A stretch of 32,000 nt of DNA from Edaphobacter aggregans (GTDB lineage Bacteria; Acidobacteriota; Terriglobia; Terriglobales; Acidobacteriaceae). The translations under genes and the position numbers were made by a program. The notes beneath the pieces were generated by a model. That model was given only the letters and a program-made list of their open reading frames with translations, was not told the origin of the DNA and ran no database searches. Positions 16,024 through 24,117 of the stretch are shown here, in pieces; position 1 is the stretch's first letter; every line of letters begins with the position of its first letter. The DNA lies in assembly GCF_003945235.1 (NCBI RefSeq), contig NZ_RSDW01000001.1:5460001-5492000 (forward strand), given 5' to 3'.

Positions 16024-16185
16024 GGTCACTTGTTCAGCATGCGAATCACTTCCAGGGCTTTCGCGGTCCCGATCATCGGGATTAAGCGCGAGTTCTTTGC
16101 GTAGTTCCTCGGCGCCCCGTTCAATTTGGCCGTCGCGGGAGAGAGTCAGGCCTAGATCACGGTGCAGTGTGCTCTCGATTCAATG
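16024..16185 (-). pseudogene. 3' fragment of a TPR gene, paralog of the 18249-19421 gene, frameshifted
   Basis: Positions 16024-16185 align with 18249-18410 at roughly 85 percent by eye. The relic encodes ...IESTLHRDLGLTLSRDGQIERGAEELRKELALNPDDRD. A 2-nt deletion (CGCGGTCCCG vs CGCGGCGTCCCG) then shifts the frame. Homology is lost beyond 16185. Confidence 0.7.
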
Positions 16186-16335
16186 AACGCCCCGATCATG
16201 CATTCTGGCTAGATGGGTGAGCAAGGTTGAGCACAAAAATCATTTTTCTTGTCAGACGTACAGAATCGTCGAGCCCGAACTGTTCGATTCATCCAACAAA
16301 CTACCAGCGCCGGGCCAATAGAGAGTCACTCTTTG

Positions 16336-18159
16336 TCATTGCGTAGGGGTACCCTCCATTGCGACGGCGAATTTCTGCCGCATGAAGAAGTCTTGTGGAA
16401 AGATTTCGGAGTAACGGCTCATGGCTGCTCGCGCATTCGCGTATTGCTTGAGAGCGATGAGGCGAAAGATCAGCGATCTTTGCAACAGCGGATTGAACGG
16501 GTCCACTTGAATCGCCTTTTGAAGTATGGCGAGACCTTGCTCGCGCTGACCTGATTTATCCAGAGCTTCTGAGAGGTCGGAATAGACCGCAGCCTGTGGC
16601 TTTCCGATTGCTAAAGATTGCTCCAGGTGCCCGATAGCTTCTCGCAGGTTTCCACTTTGCAGGCATCTGCGCCCTAACGCCCCCTGTACCAAGGCGTTGT
16701 TTGGTTCCCTCTGTTGAAGCTGATCGAGAATCCTATTGTAAGACAGTACATATTCTGGTTTTTGCGCAGCTAGTTCTCCATACACTTGCAACAGCGTAAG
16801 GAGCGGTGGAGCGACATCCTGCTTTCCCGGCGCAGGATTGAGATGGACAAGATCGGGTAGAGCCGCCGTGGTCTGCGAAAACGCGGAATCCGGAAAGGGC
16901 TCGTCGGCTTGGGTGGTGATGCGGTGGTTCGTAAGGCTGGAATGCGCGAGGAACCCCACTTCGCGCTTAGGCATATGGCAGCCGATGCAGTTATTGGGCG
17001 GACTACTTTGCTTACGCGCCTCAGTTGGTAGCTTACAGCTTTGGTCTGTGTGGCAGCTCATGCATCTCTTATTGAAAAAGGCTGGCACCTGTTCCCTCGC
17101 AGGCTCGAGGTGAGGATCGTGACAGGTTATGCAGGCCAGACGGCCGCCGCTGGCGCGATAGCACTTACTCAAAGTCATGGCATAGTAATGCTGGAGATGG
17201 TCCTTGTCGGGCGGCGCCTCGCGTGTGGGAGGCGTCATGAAAATCGACAGCGTATTGTCCAGAGGCTCTCCGGGCCGAATGTCCTTGTATTCTTTGAAAG
17301 GCTTGAGGATTCGCACATCCCCGATCTCGTGACATTTCATGCAGATATTGTTCGCGAGGTCTGGAGTCAGGCGAGCAGGATTCACGATCGAGACGCTTCG
17401 CCCTTTGCCCATGGCCCCGCTTGTCACGGCATCTATATGGGCCGCTCCTGGACCATGGCAATTTTCACAACCTATCGGCATCTCGGAGAACACGTCGTTC
17501 TGGTAGTGTCCTTCGCTTCCAGAGATCGGATTCGAGCGGCCACTGTGACAGTTGAGGCATGCTGTAAGAATGGGCCTGCTAAATCCAAGGTCCGTCGATT
17601 CATATCCTGGCGACATCTCCCACGTTTTGGTACTGGTGTAAAAGGTGAGAGGTGCCTCAAAGAGATAACCGCCCCGTCGGATGATGCCGCCAATTCCATT
17701 TGCTCCTGCGCCGACGATCCATTCGAGCTGATGCTCCTCGCGGAACATCTCTGTACCGCTTCCATCCAGCGCATATTCACTTTCGTACAATTTCCCATCC
17801 CGAGCAATGACGTCGTAGTGTCGGTCAAGTCGCTGATTGGAATACACAGCCGGCACGTGGAGTTTTTCCAGGAGAGCAGTTGAAACGCTGGACATCGAGG
17901 AAATGGAGCGACCCATCCCAGTTTGCATATACTCTCTATAGATCCCAGAATGACACTCACCGCAGGTCTTCGATCCGACATATCCAGCGTTTTCCGTAGG
18001 GGCTGGAACCGCGTTACTCTCAGTCGTTGAAGGCGTTGCGCGCTGGAATCGATTCCCAGTCTGAGCAAATGCTGTGAATGTCAGGACTGCAAGCATCAGT
18101 ACCCGGTGCACGGGACGATAATTCGACGACTCGTTTTGTTTAGAACGGTGCTTTCGCAA
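16336..18159 (-). CDS. Multihaem (7 x CxxCH) c-type cytochrome fused to C-terminal TPR repeats, secreted
   Basis: The haem motifs are CGECH, CLNCH, CENCH, CMKCH, CITCH, CMSCH and CIGCH. The signal-like N-terminus is MRKHRSKQ...VLMLAVLTFTAFAQT. The C-terminal third is TPR-like (GNLREAIGHLEQSLAIGK..., LAILQKAIQVDPFNP). The track start 18159 is a TTG, so the start is uncertain. Confidence 0.85.
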   Translation of the reverse strand: MRKHRSKQNESSNYRPVHRVLMLAVLTFTAFAQTGNRFQRATPSTTESNAVPAPTENAGYVGSKTCGECHSGIYREYMQTGMGRSISSMSSVSTALLEKLHVPAVYSNQRLDRHYDVIARDGKLYESEYALDGSGTEMFREEHQLEWIVGAGANGIGGIIRRGGYLFEAPLTFYTSTKTWEMSPGYESTDLGFSRPILTACLNCHSGRSNPISGSEGHYQNDVFSEMPIGCENCHGPGAAHIDAVTSGAMGKGRSVSIVNPARLTPDLANNICMKCHEIGDVRILKPFKEYKDIRPGEPLDNTLSIFMTPPTREAPPDKDHLQHYYAMTLSKCYRASGGRLACITCHDPHLEPAREQVPAFFNKRCMSCHTDQSCKLPTEARKQSSPPNNCIGCHMPKREVGFLAHSSLTNHRITTQADEPFPDSAFSQTTAALPDLVHLNPAPGKQDVAPPLLTLLQVYGELAAQKPEYVLSYNRILDQLQQREPNNALVQGALGRRCLQSGNLREAIGHLEQSLAIGKPQAAVYSDLSEALDKSGQREQGLAILQKAIQVDPFNPLLQRSLIFRLIALKQYANARAAMSRYSEIFPQDFFMRQKFAVAMEGTPTQ

Positions 18160-18248
18160 GGTTCCGACCCATTTCTTGCTGCTGTTTCACTTGCGCCATA
18201 GGTAGATGGGGATAGTCCTCCATATCCAGCTGCAGCCGTCTTCTTCGT

Positions 18249-19421
18249 TCACTTGGTCTTCAGTACTCGAATCGCCTCCAGGGCTTTCGCGGCGTCCCGA
18301 TCTTCGGGGTTAAGCGCGAGCGCTTTGCGCAGTTCCTCGGCGCCCCGTTCAAACTGGCCGTCCCGGCAGAGAGTCAAACCTAGATCACGGTGGAGTGTGC
18401 TCTCGATCTCGCAATCTCCGCAGGTCTCAAGCGCTTCGCTGAAAAGACGGACTGACTCGCGCAAGTCCTGAACTGTAAATGCGTGGAAAGCCTCATTGGC
18501 CTGCGTTTTGGCCTGATCGACGACAGAGTTCTGAGCCTTGAGCCGATCGAATCGGGTGCGCAATTCTTCTGATTCCATGGGATCGATCGAATGAAGAGCA
18601 CGCGAAAGTTTGTACAGCGCTTGTGTTGAGTTGGGATCGATCGCTAGGGCGGCGCGGAGTTCAGCTATAGCTTCTGCGGTTCGATTCTGATACAGCATGT
18701 TACTTGCCAGCATGATATGAGCCTTGACGTTGCCGGGCTGTAGCTTCACGACTTTCCGCAGCAATTCGTTTTCTTTAGTGAAGTTTCCTTGCGCCCGCTC
18801 GGCAAGCGACCAGTAGAAGTAACAGTCTGGATTGACCGGAGCGAGCCGGGCCGCAAGAGCGAACTCATCGCCAGCCTCCCGATCCTCCTTCATGTCACTA
18901 AGAATGCGCGCCCGATTCAAGTGTGCGATCGCCAAAGCGGGAGCGATAGAGATTGCGGTTGCCGTTTCCGCCAAGGCGCTGTTAAGGTCGCCAGAGTCAG
19001 CGAGAGCGATTGCAAGATCGACGTGCGCCTGGGCGGCCTGCGGAGTCAGCTGAATGACGCGCTTCAGGAGAGCGACAGCGGTGGAATACTCGCCCAGCCG
19101 GCCTTTCACCTTAGCATCCAGTGTAAGGATCACCGGATCAGAGGGAGCGAATTTCTCAGCGCGATCCAAGACCGATTCGGCTTCGGCGAGCCTTCCTGCC
19201 TCAAGCAGTTTTCGGCCTTGCTCGAGCAGTTCGCTCGAAGTCGAAGCCGTCTCTGCTGCGATCGCGAGCATCGAGCCGAGATTAAGAGCGAAAGATGCAA
19301 GCATCAGTGCAAAAACGCAAGAGATATTGTTCTTGCCGGCGCGTCGTATTGCTTGCAGAATGACGACGGCTCCCTCGTCTTGCAACGTGTTGTTACGAGT
19401 ATTTCGGGACGAGAATAGCAT
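18249..19421 (-). CDS. TPR-repeat protein with N-terminal membrane anchor/signal
   Basis: The preferred start is ATG 19421, with GGAGGA directly upstream; the track start is 19523. There is a hydrophobic N-terminal segment CVFALMLASFALNLGSMLAIAA. TPR repeats run throughout (AQAHVDLAIALADSGDLNSALAETATAISIAP and others). Confidence 0.75.
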   Translation of the reverse strand: MLFSSRNTRNNTLQDEGAVVILQAIRRAGKNNISCVFALMLASFALNLGSMLAIAAETASTSSELLEQGRKLLEAGRLAEAESVLDRAEKFAPSDPVILTLDAKVKGRLGEYSTAVALLKRVIQLTPQAAQAHVDLAIALADSGDLNSALAETATAISIAPALAIAHLNRARILSDMKEDREAGDEFALAARLAPVNPDCYFYWSLAERAQGNFTKENELLRKVVKLQPGNVKAHIMLASNMLYQNRTAEAIAELRAALAIDPNSTQALYKLSRALHSIDPMESEELRTRFDRLKAQNSVVDQAKTQANEAFHAFTVQDLRESVRLFSEALETCGDCEIESTLHRDLGLTLCRDGQFERGAEELRKALALNPEDRDAAKALEAIRVLKTK

Positions 19422-19631
19422 TTGTCCTCCGTACAATCCTAGACACGAATTGCACGCCATGCACGCCCATATGTCGCCACCTTGCATATCCTTCCGTTTT
19501 TCGTGAATCACGCCAAAGGCCATAGCTCACGAATATAAGAGCCATCCGAACGCGCCTCTGGGTAGAATCGCCTCTTTGTTACGTTCCAGAGGCCACTCTG
19601 CCCCGCAATCTCACAACAACAACGCGGCCAT

Positions 19632-22600
19632 CTAAAAGATAAACTTCCCTGCAAGCTGGAGCTGTCGCGCTGAATTAGCGGTGGTGTTGATCGTACCGAA
19701 GGCTGATCCGCTATTGAGGTCGTTATTGGGCTGCCCCAGGTTTGCGTGGTTGAACAAATTGAATGCCTCGGCTCGAAACTCGAATCTTCGGCTTTCTCCC
19801 ACCGGGAACTTGCGAAAGAGCGACATATCCAGATTCCAAAAGGCGGGACCCAGAATGGAATTGCGTCCCGCGTTGCCGAAGGTGTAAAGCGGCGGCGCGG
19901 CATAATCTGCGGTATTGAACCACTCCGCTGCGGACCTGTGCGAAATTCCGGTGGTTCCAACCCTATTCAAATGTTGAGTAGTCAAAAACCCTTGCCCGAT
20001 ATTCGCGATATCGCTACTGATGGCGGGAGTAAAAGCAATGCCCGAATGGGTTTGGAATAGGTTGTTAATCTGCCAGTTCCCCAGGATGTAATCGAGGACG
20101 CTGTTCTTAGTGGAAAATGCCTTTCCCTTCCCAACAGGAATATCGTAAAGCGTGTTCACAGCTAAAATGTGCTTTAAATTAAGTCCTGACACAGACCGAT
20201 CATAGCGAGCCGGGTGATAGGGGTCCTGCGGAGCACCACCTTCAACACCGAAATATCCATCGCCTCCGACATTGATGGACTTTGACCAGGTGTAGGCCAC
20301 TCCGTACGAGAAACCGTTGGTGTACCTTCTGTCCAGCGTGATCTGTAGCCCGTTGTAATTACCATTGCCTACGCTGCGGTCATAATACGTCGGGGCAATG
20401 TAGGGGAACAGAGCGCGTGACTGGGGGTCGCCAGGTCCAGGCGTAAGCGCAGTGTTGTACATGCCGCCAACAGCAAGCCGGTGAGAAGAAGAACCAACAT
20501 AATTCACCGTCAGTGTGGTCGACGAGGAAAGAAGTTGCTGTGCGCCGAAGTTCCATTGTTCCGAATAGGGATTCTTTAGATTCGGGTCGTACATAAAGCC
20601 GACCTGAGCGAATGGGGTAGGCGCCGGAAAGAAGCTATTGCCCGCGCTTGCGAACGGATCCTGTGATGTAACTGTCGGTGTTGGAGAGCTTGTTTTCGGC
20701 ACGTTCAAATTGACGGCTTGCTGCTGACCAATGTCAGGCCATAGTCCGGCGATATTCTGTGCGATCTGTAATACACCCGACCAATTGTCAAAGACGATGC
20801 CGAAAGCTCCACGAACGACTGTGCGATCCGTCACCTTATACGCAAAACCGAAGCTGGGGCCCAAATTTGTGTAAGTGTTATGAATTATTTTCTTGTTTGG
20901 GGACACAACGACGTTCGCCGGAAGCGTGCCGCTTCCGGGAATGCACGGCGCGTAGCCGCGCACAGCGCAGGTAGGAGGAAGCCACTGCACGATATAAGTG
21001 CCGTTGCCGAAATCTACGTCACCTGTCTCTGGCCCGCCGTTTTGACCGATTTGCTTGCTGGTCCCGTAGGGTGGATTAAATGTTAGATCGTAGCGAAGCC
21101 CAGCATTGATCATCAACTTCGGTGTAACTCTCCAGTTATCCTGCACAAACAGGCTCATCACGCCGCCTGGACGCGTTTCCGAGTTGATGTTGCGCCGCTG
21201 AGCTGAGTCTGGAGCGTTGAGCAGAAAGGAGGCGACTGGGTCGCCCGTATTGACGGTGTCCAGAGGATTTGTGTCAGCGGTTTCTTGCGCGGCGTATGTG
21301 AGGTTTGAGAGGGCGATCGGAGATAAGAACCTATTGCTGATGTACCCGCCACCTGTGTGAATCTCGTGGTTTCCCCATGTCTTCGTCAAAACGCCACTGA
21401 ATTGGTAAGAGCTCGGAACCTCGGGGTGGTTCGATATGTTTTCGGTTGCGCTGGAATATCCGTTGATACTAAGTTGCGGAAGAAGGCTTCTTGACCCGCC
21501 TATAGCGGTGTAATTGCCGGCAAAAGACGGCACGAACCCGACCTGCTGAATGATGTCTGCCGATCCTTTTGTAAAGAAAGCTGAGGCATTGGCTCCGGCA
21601 ACCGTTCGGCCGAATTCACCCTGAAGAACGAGACTGGGACTGAAGACATGTACGTAACTGCCGCCATAGTTCCTGTTCGGATTAGTGTTGACGTTTGGTA
21701 TTCCGGGAAGGCCACCGGAAGCACTGGCCACACTGGTGTCATAGCTATACCGAAACCATGCTGAGTCGTTCTTGCCAATCACTTGGTCAATCCGGGCAGT
21801 CCATTGGTTGATCGTCTGAGTTTCGGGAGTCGTGTCAAGCACATTATCTCCGTTTGCATCAAAGGCCGGGCCGGCCGCAGGGAAGACGAAGTTCGCATAC
21901 GCTTGCATCTGTGGGCTGATGAGACTAGAAGGAATCTGGTTCCCGGGAAATGGCTGACGAATGTACTGGCCGGGGTGGGCTGGATCTGGAACAGTAGAAA
22001 ACGGATTGTATATCTGTGTCGGCCAACTGCTCTCATCTCCAGCGAGTTGCGCGGCAGTTGGAACTTTCCGCGGAATATTGCTGGTCTGAGAGAAACGGAA
22101 TCCCTGGTATGCCCCGAAGAAGAAGGTCTTGTTCTTACCGTTGTACAATTTCCCGAGCCAAACCGGACCTCCGACAGTTCCGCCGAATTCGTTCTGGTTA
22201 TAAGGGGTCCTGGGCGTACCGGGTGGCAGGAAGTAGGCCTGAGCATCGAAGATATCATGGCGGAAATACTCCCACACTGAGCCGTGGAGACTGTTTGTGC
22301 CGGACTTGGTGACTACATTGACGATCCCACCGGTTACCGACCCGTATTCAGCACTGTCTGTGTGAGACACGACCTTGAATTCCTGAATTTCGTCGATGAT
22401 GGGCGGCACCGCATACACACTGTGGAAGGAGCCGAAATTGCTCAGACCATCCGTGAAAAAGTAATTGGATCGGTTGCCCTGCCCATTGACGGAGGGAATT
22501 GTGGATGTCTGATTAATGGGCTCTGGTGTTGCATATTGGCCTCCGCTGGGACCGCCCTGCCCATTGTTTATTGGAGATATACCCGCGCTCAGGATAAGAA

Positions 22601-23135
22601 GCTGAGTAAAATCACGCCCGTTAAGCGGAAGATCGTTCACCTGCCGCGTCCCGATGACGGTGCCGAGACTGGCGGTTGACGTCTCAAGTTGCGGTGTGAC
22701 ACCCTGCACCGTCACTACGGTGCTTTGTGACCCAACGGACAGAGCAAAGTCAATAGCCGCAGCCTGTCCGACCGCAAGTACGAACTCAGGAACCCGCCGC
22801 TCCTCGAAGCCTGGAGCCGATGCTTGAACCGTATATGTACCCGGGGTGATATTCAGGAAGAGATAGGCGCCCGCACCATTAGATGTGGTCGAGTGCTCGA
22901 CAGCTGTAGCCACATTCCTCAGCACGATTTTGGCGCTTGGAACCACCGCACCGCTGGAATCTCGGACAGCTCCGCTCAGCGAGGCCGTCGATAGCTGTGC
23001 AAGTCCCGTGCCGGATAGCAATAGGATCGCACTCAGAAGACCCGCTTGCCATAGGCCAAATACTCTGCAGGTCTTCCACAGCTCAACTGAAAACTTCCTG
23101 TCACGCCCCTTGAAGCTACGAGCAGCTTTGTACAT
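19632..23135 (-). CDS. TonB-dependent outer-membrane receptor with N-terminal CarboxypepD_reg-like domain
   Basis: The track ORF extends to 23279 through the leader. The real start is ATG 23135, with GGAGG upstream and N-terminus MYKAARSFK. The sequence contains GAVRDSSGAVVPSAKIVLRNVATAVEHSTTSNGAGAYLFLNITPGTYTVQASAPGF and a plug-like segment GTRQVNDLPLNGRDFTQLLILSAG. The barrel ends ...LQLAGKFIF. Confidence 0.9.
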   Translation of the reverse strand: MYKAARSFKGRDRKFSVELWKTCRVFGLWQAGLLSAILLLSGTGLAQLSTASLSGAVRDSSGAVVPSAKIVLRNVATAVEHSTTSNGAGAYLFLNITPGTYTVQASAPGFEERRVPEFVLAVGQAAAIDFALSVGSQSTVVTVQGVTPQLETSTASLGTVIGTRQVNDLPLNGRDFTQLLILSAGISPINNGQGGPSGGQYATPEPINQTSTIPSVNGQGNRSNYFFTDGLSNFGSFHSVYAVPPIIDEIQEFKVVSHTDSAEYGSVTGGIVNVVTKSGTNSLHGSVWEYFRHDIFDAQAYFLPPGTPRTPYNQNEFGGTVGGPVWLGKLYNGKNKTFFFGAYQGFRFSQTSNIPRKVPTAAQLAGDESSWPTQIYNPFSTVPDPAHPGQYIRQPFPGNQIPSSLISPQMQAYANFVFPAAGPAFDANGDNVLDTTPETQTINQWTARIDQVIGKNDSAWFRYSYDTSVASASGGLPGIPNVNTNPNRNYGGSYVHVFSPSLVLQGEFGRTVAGANASAFFTKGSADIIQQVGFVPSFAGNYTAIGGSRSLLPQLSINGYSSATENISNHPEVPSSYQFSGVLTKTWGNHEIHTGGGYISNRFLSPIALSNLTYAAQETADTNPLDTVNTGDPVASFLLNAPDSAQRRNINSETRPGGVMSLFVQDNWRVTPKLMINAGLRYDLTFNPPYGTSKQIGQNGGPETGDVDFGNGTYIVQWLPPTCAVRGYAPCIPGSGTLPANVVVSPNKKIIHNTYTNLGPSFGFAYKVTDRTVVRGAFGIVFDNWSGVLQIAQNIAGLWPDIGQQQAVNLNVPKTSSPTPTVTSQDPFASAGNSFFPAPTPFAQVGFMYDPNLKNPYSEQWNFGAQQLLSSSTTLTVNYVGSSSHRLAVGGMYNTALTPGPGDPQSRALFPYIAPTYYDRSVGNGNYNGLQITLDRRYTNGFSYGVAYTWSKSINVGGDGYFGVEGGAPQDPYHPARYDRSVSGLNLKHILAVNTLYDIPVGKGKAFSTKNSVLDYILGNWQINNLFQTHSGIAFTPAISSDIANIGQGFLTTQHLNRVGTTGISHRSAAEWFNTADYAAPPLYTFGNAGRNSILGPAFWNLDMSLFRKFPVGESRRFEFRAEAFNLFNHANLGQPNNDLNSGSAFGTINTTANSARQLQLAGKFIF

Positions 23136-23249
23136 TGCTTCGACCTCCGAAAAGATTTGAACCCGGCTTGCATGATGAATTGCCGCCGCCCATCGGGTTG
23201 CGGGCTGATGGCCAAGTTCGCCAACTCTCTGCTTTCTTGGTTGGGGGGG
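23136..23249 (-). promoter_or_regulatory. Conserved 5' leader of the second TBDR gene (candidate cis-regulatory RNA)
   Basis: It is the counterpart of 1605-1720. Shared blocks are CAACCAAGAAAGCA, CTTGG, ATCAG, CCGCAACCC, ATGGG, GGCGGCAATT, TGCAA, TTTT and GGAGG. A C7 run lies immediately after the -10 box. Confidence 0.4.
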
Positions 23250-23293
23250 ATCATAGGCGAGCGAAGATTGCAATGTCAATCATAAATAATGAT
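23250..23293 (-). promoter_or_regulatory. Promoter with abutting palindrome: ATCAT-TATTT-ATGAT / TTGACA / 18 nt / TATGAT
   Basis: On the minus strand the palindrome is 23293-23279, TTGACA is 23279-23274, the spacer is 23273-23256 and TATGAT is 23255-23250. Confidence 0.5.
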
Positions 23294-23454
23294 CGATTAC
23301 AATATTTTCGCTCCTGATTAGCGATGCTTATTCAAAAAATATTGAGATTTGGAGGGAGGAGATTTACGCTTCCATAGCGCCAAATCTGAACGTATCCCAT
23401 TGACTTAAATAGTATTAATGTTGGTAATGGCATATATCGATCTTTCAATATGCG

Positions 23455-23555
23455 TGTTTACTCAGGTTCGACCATCTTCGCGAATGCCTCGCTCGGCACC
23501 ATCCTCCAACCGAACCGACCGGCATGTGAGGGGCCCGTCGTTCCTCGCTACCGAT
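23455..23555 (+). repeat. Degenerate copy of the GH38-type promoter and leader with no gene behind it
   Basis: CCATCTTCGCGAATGCCTCGCTCGGCACCATCCTCCAACCGAACCGACCGGCATGTGAGGGGCCCGTCGTTCCTCGCTACCGAT (plus strand) aligns with TTATCTTCGTTAGTGTTCTCGCTCGGTACCACACTCCAGCTGAACCGACGACATGTGAGGGTCCTCTCGTTCCTCCCTATCTAAT (minus strand, 1396-1314). The -35 and -10 hexamers are degraded in this copy. Confidence 0.55.
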
Positions 23556-24117
23556 TTGAAATAACCACGCCTCAATTCTTCCGGCCAGATCTGCTAACGG
23601 CGGCGAACCGCGAATGCGCGGTCTAAGGCCCAAGGACCAGCGCGCACTCCAGCAAGTACTCGCATCGCTAAATCAAGTGGGAAGTCGCGATTCGCTCAAG
23701 ATGACAAGGAATTCCTGCCTGAGCGAAAAACTCGCACATGGTGATTGAAGCTTCGACAGCCATCATGTTATATGAGTGCAACGTTGATTTATTACAGTGA
23801 GCAGGCTCACACAGAGAGTAATCGATTCACCCCAACAACGTAGCTTGCAACATCATTGTATTTCTCGCTTCGGATGCCGAAGTCAACGGCGGCAGTTGAT
23901 GGTCTAGCTACTATTTCCGCGCTCGATCGCACAGAAAAATATGGACTGATTGCAGGGGGTTGTCGCTGAAACCTAAGAACGAGATCGATTGTCAATCTCC
24001 GACAGGACTCGGACTGGCGATCGCGGGCCTTCGGACTTGACGGTGGGTGCACCGAGGATACCGTTGGTTTTGACCACTGACCGCTTGAAACCGCAAAGGC
24101 AAAGGGAGGAGTGACCA

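Noticed and set aside
15631-16104. ORFs 15631-16104 plus (157 aa) and 15697-16029 minus (110 aa)
   Set aside because: They span the terminator region and the frameshifted TPR relic. The minus ORF is simply the out-of-frame read-through after the relic's 2-nt deletion. Neither has motifs or an SD.
16838-19506. Antisense ORFs within the cytochrome and TPR genes (17041-17883 plus 280 aa, 17472-18068 minus, 18789-19418 plus, 19054-19506 plus)
   Set aside because: The opposite or alternative frames carry seven CxxCH motifs or regular TPR repeats. These ORFs have none and are compositionally skewed.
19554-19593. Stem-loop candidates between the TBDR stop and the TPR start (GCCTCTGG / AGAGGC / CCAGAGGC) as a terminator or attenuator
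   Set aside because: The pairing is real, but there is no U tract, the loops are long and there is no second sequence for comparison. It is mentioned only as context.
23243-23249. G7/C7 homopolymer at the predicted start site of the second TBDR transcript as a phase-variation switch
   Set aside because: It lies outside the promoter spacer and the CDS, so length changes would not obviously switch expression. The other leader has CCTCGG there. A single observation is insufficient.
1706-23279. N-terminal extensions in the ORF track (starts 1706, 8034, 9376, 10989, 11536, 19523, 23279, 26537)
   Set aside because: Several of these starts (checked: 1706 TTG, 9376 GTG) are non-ATG. All eight lie upstream of better-supported starts and run through AT-rich promoter DNA, conserved leaders or neighbouring genes. 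Internal ATG/GTG starts with SD sequences and signal peptides fit better.
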